Below, piece by piece: positions 45,895 through 55,930 of a stretch of 64,000 nucleotides of DNA (position 1 is the first letter of the stretch; each line of letters opens with the position of its first letter). A program made the translations under genes and the position numbers. The notes below the pieces were generated by a model, which saw only the letters and a list, made by a program, of their open reading frames with translations, had not been told where the DNA came from and made no database searches. Origin of the DNA: an uncultured Rhodospirillales bacterium (GTDB lineage: Bacteria > Pseudomonadota > Alphaproteobacteria > CAZRBL01); contig CAZRBL010000011.1 of assembly GCA_964598335.1 (NCBI GenBank), positions 1,634 to 65,633 of the forward strand. Direction: 5' to 3'.

Positions 45895-46283
45895 TGGCTT
45901 CGGGACTGGGTATTGTCCCGAAGCCATTGCGCGAATTCGGCTTCGGTGAAGTCACCGGCTGCCAGCATCAGCACGGCATGGGTTGCGGTGGCTTCGTCGG
46001 CGATGAGCTGCAGGCCGTTGACCTGAAGAAACAAGGCCGAGACGACAAAGGCAGTGCGTTTATTGCCGTCGACGAAGGGGTGATTGCGGGCAATGCCATA
46101 GGCATAAGAGGCGGCGAGGGCGCAGAGGTCGCCCTCGCCATAGCTGAAGGCGTTGATCGGACGCGCCAGTGCTGATTCAAACAAACCTTCATCGCGCACG
46201 CCGCTACCGCCGCCATGCTGTCGTATTTGATGCTCATGAATCGTGTTGGTGGTGGCGATGGAAATCCACTGCGGCTCGGTCAC
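45891..46283 (-). CDS. Doc/Fic family toxin
   Basis: HPFVDGNKRTA Doc motif; GVRDEGLFESALARP. Confidence 0.92.
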   Translation of the reverse strand: MTEPQWISIATTNTIHEHQIRQHGGGSGVRDEGLFESALARPINAFSYGEGDLCALAASYAYGIARNHPFVDGNKRTAFVVSALFLQVNGLQLIADEATATHAVLMLAAGDFTEAEFAQWLRDNTQSRSQ

Positions 46284-46504
46284 TTCGCCAGCTCACGCAG
46301 AGTGTTCTTGTAGCGCTCCATGATCTCTTCGGCGATTTCCATCTGGCGCGCGAACTCGGCGTCGGTTGGTGACAGATGCAGGCCGTTCTTGGCGCGGGTA
46401 GCGTAAAAGCTGTCGCCCTCGCCGAGCTTCATCTCGTCCAGCAAGTCTTTCGGGATCACAACGCCGAGAGAATTGCCGATTTTGCGGATTTTGAGGGTAG
46501 CCAT
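46280..46504 (-). CDS. AbrB/MazE-type antitoxin
   Basis: KIRKIGNSLGVVIPK swapped-hairpin motif; 4-bp overlap with the doc gene. Confidence 0.9.
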   Translation of the reverse strand: MATLKIRKIGNSLGVVIPKDLLDEMKLGEGDSFYATRAKNGLHLSPTDAEFARQMEIAEEIMERYKNTLRELAK

Positions 46505-46553
46505 AGCGTATTTTCTCCAGTGTTATAACCAGAGTATATACACGCTGCGTCTG

Positions 46554-48701
46554 CTATGGCCAGCGCAGGGTCAGCTCGGCGCCGAAGCGGCGGCTTTCCT
46601 GTGGCGTGATCAGCCAGGCGCGGCCGAAGCCGGCGGTGGGGTCGAACCAGCGGATCGCGACGCTGGCGCTTTGATCATCGGCGAGATTGTTGACGAACAG
46701 CGCCAGATCGGCATAGCGGCTTTCGATCTCGGCGCGCAGATTGATGCGGCTCAGCCCGCCGCTGCGAGCGAGGTTGGCCGGGGTCGAAAACTGGCTCGAC
46801 TGATACAGCCCCTCGGCACGAAACAAGGCAGTGGCGCGGTCCTGCAGAACCGGAAATTCGAGTAAGGTGCCGACGGCAAGCTGATGCGGGGCATAGCGGG
46901 GCAGGCGGTTGCCCGAGACATCGCCATCGGGCGCGAAACCGGCAATGTCGACCAGATCGGGATCCTGATAATCGACAAAGCGCGCATCGGTGAAGGCATA
47001 GCTGAGATCGAGCGACAGCCAGTCGGTCGGCCGCGCCGCCAGCTCCAGCTCAATGCCGCGGCTGCGGCTTTCGCCGACATTGGTGTTGAAGAAGTTATCG
47101 GTCAGCCCGGCCGATGAGGCGGCGACCAATTGCTGGCCATCCCACAGGATCCAGAACCCGGTCAGATTGGCCGTCAGCCGGCCGTCGAGCCAGCGGGTCT
47201 TGGCGCCGGCCTCAAAGGTCCAATTGCTGTCGGGATCGAAGCTGCGCTGATCGTCGAACAGATTGGTATCGTCATTGAAGCCGCCGCTTTTGAAGCCGCG
47301 CGCGACCGAGCCGTAGAGCGTGACGCGGTCGTTCAGCGCCGCATCCAGCGCCAGACGCGGCAGCCAGCTGTGCCAGCGATCCGACAGGTCGAGCGGGTTG
47401 CCGGCGGCATCGGTGCTGCTGCTTTGGAAGCGCTTGTATTCGATCTGATAGCGCAGCTCGGCGACCGCGCGGAGATTGTCGGCCAGTCGATAATCGAGGC
47501 TGCCATAAATCGCGCCGGCTTCCGTCAGGCTTTCGGTAATCGGGCCGCCGCGTTCGGGCTGGTTGAAGATCAGGAATTGATCCTGCCGCACGGTGTCCTG
47601 CTCGAAGCGATAATAGTTACCGCCGGCCAGCCAGGTCAGGCGCGAGCCTTGATGCAACACACGCACCTCCTGGCTAAGGTCCCAGCTGCGGATGATCTGA
47701 CCCTGATGATAGGCGCGCACCGGGCTGTGATCGCCGTCAAAGCCGAATTCCGCATCGGTGTCCGAGACGCCGGTCAGGCTGGAAACGGTCAGATCGTCGG
47801 ACAATGCCCAATCCCAGACGGATGAGACCCGCAATGTCCTCCTTGTGTATCCGAAATGGTCGGCATTGGCGGCGTAGCTGTCCGGCGGGCCGGGCACGGT
47901 ACCGACGAAATAGCGCAGCGCGCCGTCGCTCAGCCTTTCGCCGCCATTGGCGGGCACGACATAGCTCTTGGGCTGGCCGTCATTGTCGCGGCTCCAGGCG
48001 AGGCGCAGATAGCCCTCAACCCGCTCGCTCGGTGTGTAAGACAGGCCGAGAATACCCTGAATATTGCGGATCAGACCGATATCGGGCGCTTCGCCCGGGA
48101 TCGCATTGTCGACATCCGTGCCGCTGTCATGATCCAGCACCATCAGGCGCGCCGCCAGCACATCGGCGACAAGCGGGGTTTCGATGCCGGCTTCAATTTC
48201 GCGAAAGCCGTGATCGGCGATGGTCACTTCGGCTTCGGCGGCCGGTTTGCCGCTCGGACGGCGGGTCTGGAAATTGATCGCGCCGCCGAAGCTGTTGCGG
48301 CCGTAAAGCGCGCTCTGCGGGCCGCGGGCGATCTCGACCCGCTCCAGATCGGCGGAGAGAAAATTGGTGCCGATCCGGCCCGAAACATAGATGCCGTCGA
48401 TAAACACGCCGACATTCGGCTCATCGCCGATGCCGGGCTGCACCAGACCGCGAAACCCGGGCGCCGGATTCAGCCGTCCAAAGGGATCGGAAAAAGTCAG
48501 CCCAGGTGTCCGGAGAGCGAGATCGGGAAGTGAGTCGATCCGGTCGAGTTCAACTGACTGACGATCGAAAACGCTGACCGCCAGGGGCACATCCTGAACC
48601 GCTTCGCTGCGTTTTCGGACCTCAACCATGATCTCATCGATCTCATCGGCGACTGCCGAACCGGTGAGCGCCGCCAGAAGCAGGGCAAGGAATGCAATCA
48701 C
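46554..48701 (-). CDS. TonB-dependent receptor
   Basis: Signal peptide from GTG 48701; VEVRKRSE TonB box region, RVEIARGPQSALYGRNSFGGAINF plug motif, C-terminal W. Confidence 0.92.
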   Translation of the reverse strand: MIAFLALLLAALTGSAVADEIDEIMVEVRKRSEAVQDVPLAVSVFDRQSVELDRIDSLPDLALRTPGLTFSDPFGRLNPAPGFRGLVQPGIGDEPNVGVFIDGIYVSGRIGTNFLSADLERVEIARGPQSALYGRNSFGGAINFQTRRPSGKPAAEAEVTIADHGFREIEAGIETPLVADVLAARLMVLDHDSGTDVDNAIPGEAPDIGLIRNIQGILGLSYTPSERVEGYLRLAWSRDNDGQPKSYVVPANGGERLSDGALRYFVGTVPGPPDSYAANADHFGYTRRTLRVSSVWDWALSDDLTVSSLTGVSDTDAEFGFDGDHSPVRAYHQGQIIRSWDLSQEVRVLHQGSRLTWLAGGNYYRFEQDTVRQDQFLIFNQPERGGPITESLTEAGAIYGSLDYRLADNLRAVAELRYQIEYKRFQSSSTDAAGNPLDLSDRWHSWLPRLALDAALNDRVTLYGSVARGFKSGGFNDDTNLFDDQRSFDPDSNWTFEAGAKTRWLDGRLTANLTGFWILWDGQQLVAASSAGLTDNFFNTNVGESRSRGIELELAARPTDWLSLDLSYAFTDARFVDYQDPDLVDIAGFAPDGDVSGNRLPRYAPHQLAVGTLLEFPVLQDRATALFRAEGLYQSSQFSTPANLARSGGLSRINLRAEIESRYADLALFVNNLADDQSASVAIRWFDPTAGFGRAWLITPQESRRFGAELTLRWP

Positions 48702-48702
48702 C

Positions 48703-49146
48703 TCATGCCCCGTTTCTCTCGGCCTCATGAGCGGCGGCGCGGCGCGCCATTTCCTCGGCGCTGATCGTCTCCTGATGCGTCGCGATCCACCAGATATTGC
48801 CGGCCGGATCGCGGACACCGCCTGCGCGGTCGCCATAGAACTGGTCCTTGGGTTCCTGAAAGGATGTCGCGCCGCAGTCGAGCGCGCGGGCATAGACGGC
48901 ATCGCAATCGGCGACATAAAGATGAAGGAAGTTGCAGCCGGGGGAAAAGCCGCGTGCCTGAGCAATCATGAAGCAGCTATCGCCGATCCGGCATTCCGCG
49001 TTCCATAGTGACCCGTCACCATGTCTGAGAGGCTCGCGCAGCACCTCCGCGCCGAAAACCGTCTTTACAAAGTCCAGCAGGCGGTCGGCCTCTTCGACTG
49101 CCAGATAAGGCATGATCGTATTGCGGTCGGGCATCTGAAACGACAT
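48703..49146 (-). CDS. VOC/PhnB-like protein
   Basis: IMPYLAV, AECRIGDS, DQFYGDRAGGVRDPAGNIWWIA. Confidence 0.88.
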   Translation of the reverse strand: MSFQMPDRNTIMPYLAVEEADRLLDFVKTVFGAEVLREPLRHGDGSLWNAECRIGDSCFMIAQARGFSPGCNFLHLYVADCDAVYARALDCGATSFQEPKDQFYGDRAGGVRDPAGNIWWIATHQETISAEEMARRAAAHEAERNGA

Positions 49147-49235
49147 CGTTGTCTTCCTTCCGGATGGTGTTTCAAGCGCCGGGGGGTGGCACAGCCGGCT
49201 TGGGCTGGCAAGGCTGAGCCGCTATCTGCACAGCA

Positions 49236-50180
49236 ATGAACGATTTCACCGATATCCGGCGTGACGCCTGGGTGCTGCGGCTGCTGCCGGGTTTCGCTCG
49301 TCCCTATGCGCGGCTGATGCGGCTCGACCGACCGATCGGGGTCTGGCTGCTGTTGCTTCCGGGCTGGTGGAGCATCGCGCTGGCGGCGGCGAATGAGGCA
49401 TCCTCGGGAGCACTGCCCGATGCCTATTTGCTGCTGCTCTTCGGGATCGGCGCGGTGATCATGCGCGGCGCCGGCTGTACGGTGAATGATTTGTGGGACC
49501 GCAACATCGATGCGGCGGTCGAGCGCACGCGCAATCGGCCGATCCCTTCCGGCGAGGTGTCGGTCAAACAGGCAACAATCTTTCTGATCGCTCAGCTGCT
49601 TGCCGGTCTGGCGGTCCTTTTGCAGCTATCGCCGACGGCGATCTGGCTCGGCGTCGCGTCGCTGCTTCTGGTCGGCACCTACCCGCTGATGAAGCGGATC
49701 ACCTGGTGGCCGCAAGCTTTTCTCGGCCTGACCTTCAATTGGGGCGCGCTGATGGGCTGGGCATCGGTGACCGATGACATCGCGCTACCGGCGATCTTGC
49801 TTTATGCGGCGGGCGTGTTCTGGACGCTGGCCTATGACACGATCTACGCCTTTCAGGATATCGAGGACGATGCCCGGATCGGCGTCCGCTCGACGGCGCG
49901 TCTGCTGACCGAAAAAGGCGGCCGGCGGCAGGCGAGAGCCTTTGTTGCGTTCTGCTATGCCGGCTTTGCCGGGCTTTCGCTGGCGGCGCTGGTGACCGGC
50001 GGCGCCTGGCCCGCCGGCGTGGTCGGCTGGCTGGCTGCGACAGCGCTGATTCTTTGGATCGTCGGGCGCTGGCAGCCGGACGATCAGGACAATTGTCTGG
50101 CGATGTTCAAGGCAAACCGCTTTATCGGCTGGGCGCTGATGGTCGGCATCATCATCGGTGCGCTTTGGTCGCAGGGCTGA
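49236..50180 (+). CDS. ubiA: 4-hydroxybenzoate polyprenyltransferase
   Basis: RLDRPIG, MRGAGCTVNDLWDRNID..VERTRNRP, YDTIYAFQDIEDD. Confidence 0.96.
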   Translation: MNDFTDIRRDAWVLRLLPGFARPYARLMRLDRPIGVWLLLLPGWWSIALAAANEASSGALPDAYLLLLFGIGAVIMRGAGCTVNDLWDRNIDAAVERTRNRPIPSGEVSVKQATIFLIAQLLAGLAVLLQLSPTAIWLGVASLLLVGTYPLMKRITWWPQAFLGLTFNWGALMGWASVTDDIALPAILLYAAGVFWTLAYDTIYAFQDIEDDARIGVRSTARLLTEKGGRRQARAFVAFCYAGFAGLSLAALVTGGAWPAGVVGWLAATALILWIVGRWQPDDQDNCLAMFKANRFIGWALMVGIIIGALWSQG

Positions 50181-50256
50181 TTTACGCGGAGCGAGGGCCC
50201 ATCTTGACAGCATCAGGCCATGGCGCGGCGGTCCTGTCGCGCGCGAGGATCCCCGC

Positions 50257-51522
50257 ATGAGCAACTCTTCCGCCTCTGCCGCGACATCAGGCGACGGCAC
50301 TGCCGCCATCGCACCGCCTTTGATCGTGCTGGTGGCGATCACATCGCTGGGCCCGCTGGCGCTCAACATGCTGGTGCCGGCGATGCCGGCGATGCAACGC
50401 GCATTCGGTGTGGATTACGGTGTCGTCCAACTGACGCTGACGCTTTATCTTTTCACCACCGCGGTTGCCCCGCTGATAGCCGGACCGATGTCGGACCGCT
50501 TCGGACGTCGGCCGATTCTCCTTGTCGGCTGTGCCATATACATTTTCGGCAGCATCCTGTGCGGTATTGCACCGGATATCTGGACGCTGATTGCGGGGCG
50601 GATCGGTCAGGCGATCGGCGGCAGCATAGCCTTGTCGATCACGCGTGCCATCGTCGTTGACGTGTATCGCGGCGACAAGGCAGCCAGCGTCATGGGGTAT
50701 GTCATCGCCATCATGGTTGTGGTGCCGATGATCGGCACCCCGGTCGGCGGCGTTATGGTCGAACATGTTCATTGGCGCGCCGCGCTGGCGCTGCTTTTCT
50801 TTTACGGGCTGATTACCGGCGCGTTGGTTCTGTTCGCGTTGAATGAGACCAACAAGAATCCGCGTCCGCTGCCGTCAGCACTATCGCTTCTGGGGGACTA
50901 TAAAACGCTGCTGGTGGATAATTCGGCATTCCGTGTCTACGCGCTGATCAGCGCTTGTGTGCTGAGCATCTTCTTCAGCTTCGTCGCCGGCAGCCCCTAT
51001 GTCGTGGAGAGGCTTTTCGGCATGTCGCCGACCGAATACGGCTTGTTCTTTGTTGTTGCCGCGGTGACGCATGTGTTCGGCAATCTGGCAAGCGGAAGGT
51101 TCTCCGAAAAACTCGGCGGCGATACGATGATCTGGATCGGCTTGATCCTGTCGCTGATAGGTACGTTTTCCATGGTCGCGCTCGATGCCGCCGGCGTGCT
51201 TGGGCCGGTCGGCTTGTTCGGCGCGATGGCGCTTGTCAGCTTTGCCAACGGCCTCTCCAACCCGAACGCGTCGGCGTCGGCAGTCGCCTCTGCCCGCGAA
51301 ATGGCGGGCACGGCATCGGGCCTGTCCAGCACCGTGCAGCTGGGTGTCGCCTCGGTCGCAACGGTGATTGTCGGGCTGACACAGGGCGGGGCGGCGACGG
51401 CAATGCCGACGGTCGCGGTGATGGCGGCGCTTAGCCTGATCGCGCTTGTCGTCCATGCGGTCGGTCGTCCGGCGCGACAGGATTTGCGCGCCCGGCAGGC
51501 AGCGGAAGAGGCCGCCGGCTGA
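50257..51522 (+). CDS. Bcr/CflA-family MFS efflux transporter
   Basis: About 12 TM segments; GPMSDRFGRRP motif A. Confidence 0.9.
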   Translation: MSNSSASAATSGDGTAAIAPPLIVLVAITSLGPLALNMLVPAMPAMQRAFGVDYGVVQLTLTLYLFTTAVAPLIAGPMSDRFGRRPILLVGCAIYIFGSILCGIAPDIWTLIAGRIGQAIGGSIALSITRAIVVDVYRGDKAASVMGYVIAIMVVVPMIGTPVGGVMVEHVHWRAALALLFFYGLITGALVLFALNETNKNPRPLPSALSLLGDYKTLLVDNSAFRVYALISACVLSIFFSFVAGSPYVVERLFGMSPTEYGLFFVVAAVTHVFGNLASGRFSEKLGGDTMIWIGLILSLIGTFSMVALDAAGVLGPVGLFGAMALVSFANGLSNPNASASAVASAREMAGTASGLSSTVQLGVASVATVIVGLTQGGAATAMPTVAVMAALSLIALVVHAVGRPARQDLRARQAAEEAAG

Positions 51523-51624
51523 CGCCGGCGCGCTATACAATAATTCGGGAAATAAAACAGTGTGGTTTTTGGGCAGCCGGACTATATTGCGTCCCGAGTC
51601 GGGTTGAACCATGAGGGACGACGC

Positions 51625-52428
51625 ATGAGCGCTGACCCCGAAGTAACGCGATATCGGACAATTTTCATCTCCGATATCCATCTTGGCACGCGCGGTTGTC
51701 AGGCTGAATTACTGCTTGATTTTCTGCGCTATACCGAGAGTGAATCGCTCTATCTGGTCGGCGATATCGTCGATGGCTGGCGGCTTAAACGCCAATGGTA
51801 CTGGCCGCAGGCGCATAATGACGTGGTGCAGAAACTGCTGCGCAAGGCCCGTAAGGGGACGGACATTATTTACGTGCCGGGCAATCATGACGAAGGATTT
51901 CGGGAATATCTCGGACTCGAATTCGGGCGTATTCGCTTGGAGAATGAATCGATTTTCGAGGCCGCCGACGGTCGAAAATTCCTTGTGCTGCACGGCGACC
52001 AATTCGACATGGTCGTCAACAACGTCAAATGGCTCGCCTTTGTCGGCGATTACGCCTATCGGGCGGCGCTGATCGCCAATACCGCCTTCAACTATGTCCG
52101 CCGCAAGCTCGGCTTCGGCTATTGGTCCCTATCCGCCTATCTTAAGCACAAGGTCAAGAACGCCGTTGCCTATATCGGCACCTATGAAGAGGCGGTCGCC
52201 TCGGAGGCGAGGCGGCGCGGCGTTGACGGCGTGATCTGCGGTCACATCCATCATGCTGAAATGCGCGATTTCGATGAGATCACCTATATCAATGACGGTG
52301 ATTGGGTGGAAAGCTGTACGGCGCTGGTCGAGCATCATGACGGTCGTATGGAAATTCTTCGCTGGGCCGACATCTTTGCAGCGCGCGAAGGACGCAAAAT
52401 CGCTGAATTGCAGCCGGCCGCCGCCTGA
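51625..52428 (+). CDS. PlcP-like metallophosphoesterase (often auto-annotated UDP-2,3-diacylglucosamine hydrolase)
   Basis: ISDIHLG, GDIVDGW, WPQAHNDVVQKLLRKARKG, PGNHDE, HGDQFD, CGHIHH, GDWVESCTAL. Confidence 0.8.
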   Translation: MSADPEVTRYRTIFISDIHLGTRGCQAELLLDFLRYTESESLYLVGDIVDGWRLKRQWYWPQAHNDVVQKLLRKARKGTDIIYVPGNHDEGFREYLGLEFGRIRLENESIFEAADGRKFLVLHGDQFDMVVNNVKWLAFVGDYAYRAALIANTAFNYVRRKLGFGYWSLSAYLKHKVKNAVAYIGTYEEAVASEARRRGVDGVICGHIHHAEMRDFDEITYINDGDWVESCTALVEHHDGRMEILRWADIFAAREGRKIAELQPAAA

Positions 52429-52521
52429 CCCCTGATAATCGCGGCGGGGAGCCGGGGCCGGTAAAGCCGCCTTTAACGCCCTTTCCCGCCGCCGCTTTTT
52501 CCGCTACCCGCTCTCGCCATT

Positions 52522-53613
52522 GTGCGCATTCTTTTCATTTCCGATGCTTGGCTGCCGCAGGTCAACGGCGTTGTCCGCACGCTGCAGACGACCCGCGACG
52601 AGCTGATTGCGATGGGCCACGAGGCCCAGGTGATCGGCCCCGAGCATTTCGTCACCATGCCGTTGCCGACCTATTCCGAAATTCGCCTGGCGCTGCTGCC
52701 GGGCGTCAAGCTCGGCAATATGATCGACGATATCAAGCCCGACGCGATCCATATTGCCACCGAAGGTCCCCTCGGCTGGGCTGCGCGCGAATATTGCCTC
52801 AATCGCGAAATCCAGTTCACCACCAGCTATCACACGCGCTTTCCCGAATATATCCGCAAGCGGGTGCCGATCCCGCTGGCCTGGACCTACCGCATGCTGC
52901 GCATGTTCCATGCGCCGGCCTCGGCCGTGATGGTGGCGACGCCCTCGGTCGAGCGCGCTTTGCGGCGTCGCGGCTTCACTCATCTCGAGCGCTGGGAGCG
53001 CGGTGTCGATACCCGGCAATTTCATCCTCTGCCGCCGGATCAGCGTGACTTCCTCGATCTGCCGCGCCCGATACTCGTCTATGTCGGGCGTTTGGCGGTC
53101 GAAAAAAACGTCAAGGCGTTTCTACAATTGAAGACTCCCGGCACCAAGCTGGTTGTCGGCGACGGCCCGCAGGCCGCCGGGCTGATGGAAAAATTTCCCG
53201 AAGCACATTTCGTCGGCGCCAAGCATGGCGAAGAACTTGCCCGCTATTACGGCGTCGGCGATGTGTTCGTATTTCCTTCCCTGACCGACACTTTCGGTCT
53301 TGTTGTGCTTGAGGCATTGGCCTGCGGGGTGCCGGTGGCGGCCTATCCGGTCACCGGCCCGCTCGACATTCTCGGTGCGGACGGAAGCGGCGTCGGTGTG
53401 CTCGACGAAGATCTGGAGAAGGCCGTTGAAGGGGCGCTGGCGCTTGATCCGTCTGCGTGCCGTGCCTTCGCCGAAACCCGCAGCTGGCGGCGCGCCGCGG
53501 AACAATTCCTCGGGCATCTCGATCCGTTTGAACGCGAAAGGTTGCAACGCAGGGTCGATGAGGAGGAGGAAGCGCTGCTGGCGCAGAGCGTGCGCCAGGA
53601 CGGCCCCGCTTGA
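52522..53613 (+). CDS. GT4 glycosyltransferase (Agt-like glycolipid synthase)
   Basis: DAWLPQVNGVVRTL, HIATEGPLG, SYHTRFPEY, FPSLTDTFGLVVLEALACG. Confidence 0.85.
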   Translation: MRILFISDAWLPQVNGVVRTLQTTRDELIAMGHEAQVIGPEHFVTMPLPTYSEIRLALLPGVKLGNMIDDIKPDAIHIATEGPLGWAAREYCLNREIQFTTSYHTRFPEYIRKRVPIPLAWTYRMLRMFHAPASAVMVATPSVERALRRRGFTHLERWERGVDTRQFHPLPPDQRDFLDLPRPILVYVGRLAVEKNVKAFLQLKTPGTKLVVGDGPQAAGLMEKFPEAHFVGAKHGEELARYYGVGDVFVFPSLTDTFGLVVLEALACGVPVAAYPVTGPLDILGADGSGVGVLDEDLEKAVEGALALDPSACRAFAETRSWRRAAEQFLGHLDPFERERLQRRVDEEEEALLAQSVRQDGPA

Positions 53614-54923
53614 GTTTGGCTGCTGCGCTATACCGGATGACGATGGACGGCGCCGGGCCGCTTCCCGGGCTCTGGTTACGATGGCGCAAGCTGCGCGGTA
53701 AAGAGATGCCCGAGCGCCTCGACGAGCGGCACGGCGTTCCGGGAGCGCCGCGCCCACCGGGGAAACTGGTCTGGGTGCACGCCGCCAGCCTGGGCGAAAT
53801 GCTTTCCGTGCTCGCTTTAATGCGGCGCCTGCTTCAGAGTGATGAGGACGTCACGATATTACTGAGCACGGTCACGGTCAGCAGCGCCCGCGTGATCGCC
53901 GAACGAATCGCCAGGGCGTCGCCTGACGATCCCATCGCCGCGCGGCTGATCCACCAGTTCTTGCCGCTGGACCGCACCGCGGCCGTGACCGGGTTTCTCG
54001 ATCATTGGCGCCCGGATGCCGTCATCTGGGTCGAATCCGAATTCTGGCCGACGCTTTTGCGTCATGTCAGTGCGCGCGGCATCCCGCTGACGCTGCTCAA
54101 TGGCCGCTTGTCGGAGCGATCATTTGGACGCTGGCGGCTGGTCCGTGGCTGGATTTCAAAGCTTCTCGCCGGTTTTGACCCGCTGCTGGCGCAAAGCGAA
54201 ACCGATAGGCGGCGTCTCGTGACACTTGGCGCCGAACAGGCGGACTATCTCGGAAATCTCAAACTGAGCGGCGAACCGCTGGCTGCCGACGCCCATGAAT
54301 CCGATGAATTGCGTTCCCTTCTGGCCGATCGGCCGCGCTGGCTTCTGGCTAGCAGCCATCCGGGCGAAGAGGCGGTAGCATTTCGGGCGCATCGTGCGCT
54401 GCTCAAGGATCGGATGGACTTTCTGACACTGATCGCGCCGCGCCACCCCGAGCGCGCCGATGCCATCGAACAGCTGGCCCTGCGAGAGGGCTTCATGCCG
54501 GGGCGCCGCAGCCGCGGCGAGCGACCGGAGCCGTGGCAGGATATCTATATCGTCGATACGCTGGGCGAGCTCGGACTGTTTTACCGGCATTGTCCGGTGG
54601 CCTGCATCGGCGGTTCTCTGGTTCGGCACGGCGGCCATAATCCCTATGAACCCGTGCAGCTCGGTTGCTGCGTCCTGCATGGGCCGCATATGGACAATTT
54701 CGCCGAGTTGACGGCGGCGCTTGATCACGTCGGCGCCGCGCGGCTGTGCGAAAGCAGCGAGGAACTGGTGACGGCCATCGGCGTATTGGTCGATAATGAA
54801 GACAGCGCGGCGGTCATGCGCAAGGCGGCGGAGGACTTCGTCGCCGAGCAGAGCGGTGTGCTGGACCGCATCACCGCAAGGCTGGCGCCGACACTCGAGC
54901 GCGCCGGTATCAAGCTGAGTTAG
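53610..54923 (+). CDS. waaA: Kdo transferase
   Basis: WVHAASLGE, HQFLPLD, ESEFWP, APRHPER, DTLGEL, GGHNPYEP. Confidence 0.94.
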   Translation: MSLAAALYRMTMDGAGPLPGLWLRWRKLRGKEMPERLDERHGVPGAPRPPGKLVWVHAASLGEMLSVLALMRRLLQSDEDVTILLSTVTVSSARVIAERIARASPDDPIAARLIHQFLPLDRTAAVTGFLDHWRPDAVIWVESEFWPTLLRHVSARGIPLTLLNGRLSERSFGRWRLVRGWISKLLAGFDPLLAQSETDRRRLVTLGAEQADYLGNLKLSGEPLAADAHESDELRSLLADRPRWLLASSHPGEEAVAFRAHRALLKDRMDFLTLIAPRHPERADAIEQLALREGFMPGRRSRGERPEPWQDIYIVDTLGELGLFYRHCPVACIGGSLVRHGGHNPYEPVQLGCCVLHGPHMDNFAELTAALDHVGAARLCESSEELVTAIGVLVDNEDSAAVMRKAAEDFVAEQSGVLDRITARLAPTLERAGIKLS

Positions 54924-54935
54924 AGCACTGCCGCG

Positions 54936-55925
54936 ATGCCGAAACGTCCAGCCTTCTGGTTTGCCGATCATCCGGGCTGGCAGGCCGCGGCGCTGGGCCC
55001 CTTGGCGGGCATCGTTGCCGCGATCGGTCGCAGACGCATGGCGCGGAAACCGGTCTACCGGCCGTTTGCACCGGTGATCGGGGTCGGCAATCTGCTGGTC
55101 GGCGGGCAGGGGAAAACGCCGGTGACGCTGGCCTTGGCCGACAAGCTGACGGGCATAGGCCGGCGGCCGATAATCCTGTCGCGCGGCTATGGCGGTCGCC
55201 TCGCAGGTCCGGTGCGGGTCGATCCCGCCGACCATGACGCGGCGGATGTCGGCGATGAACCGCTTTTGCTGGCGCGTGCGGCGCCCTGCTGGGTGGCGCG
55301 CGATCGTGCTGCGGGTGCGCGGCAGATCGATGCCCGGGCGATGCATGATGCCGAAAGCGTCCTGCTCCTCGACGATGCCCACCAGAACCGCGATCTTGCG
55401 ATCGATCTCAGGCTTTTGGTCATCGACGGTGCCGACGGATTCGGTAACGGTCAGGTGATACCCGCCGGACCGCTACGCGAGCCGCTCGGCCCGGGCATCG
55501 CGCGCGCCGATGCGGTGATCCTGATCGGCCCGGACAGACGCGAATGCCGTCGCTCGATCCCGCAGGGCACGCCGGTTCTGGAGGCGACGCTGCAGACGGT
55601 GCCGCTTTCTCCGATTCGGCCGGGGGGCCGCGTCTTTGGTTTTGCCGGAATAGGGCGGCCGGAGAAGTTTCGTGAGGGCCTCGCCGCTGCCGGGTTGGAG
55701 GTCGCCGGATTTCGCAGCTTTGCGGATCACCACCGCTACAGGCAGTCCGAGATCGAGGCGTTGAGGGCTGCTGCGGCTCGGGAAGAAGCGTTTCTGGTAA
55801 CGACGGAAAAGGACGCTGTGCGCATCCCGGCGGCCGCGGGTACCGGTATCCACGCGCTGGCGGCACGGATTCTCTGGCATGATGAGGGCGCCGTCGACCG
55901 GCTGCTCTCCGACCTGTTGGGCTGA
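54936..55925 (+). CDS. lpxK: Tetraacyldisaccharide 4'-kinase
   Basis: VGNLLVGGQGKTP, LSRGYGG, GDEPLLLA, PAGPLRE, TTEKDAVR. Confidence 0.94.
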   Translation: MPKRPAFWFADHPGWQAAALGPLAGIVAAIGRRRMARKPVYRPFAPVIGVGNLLVGGQGKTPVTLALADKLTGIGRRPIILSRGYGGRLAGPVRVDPADHDAADVGDEPLLLARAAPCWVARDRAAGARQIDARAMHDAESVLLLDDAHQNRDLAIDLRLLVIDGADGFGNGQVIPAGPLREPLGPGIARADAVILIGPDRRECRRSIPQGTPVLEATLQTVPLSPIRPGGRVFGFAGIGRPEKFREGLAAAGLEVAGFRSFADHHRYRQSEIEALRAAAAREEAFLVTTEKDAVRIPAAAGTGIHALAARILWHDEGAVDRLLSDLLG

Positions 55926-55930
55926 GCGCC

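Noticed and set aside
48702-48965. N-terminal extension of the TonB receptor in the ORF track
   Set aside because: Overlaps the real VOC gene; a proper signal peptide starts at GTG 48701.
51625-52428. lpxH call
   Set aside because: Motifs and the adjacent GT4 gene fit PlcP better; alphaproteobacteria generally use LpxI.
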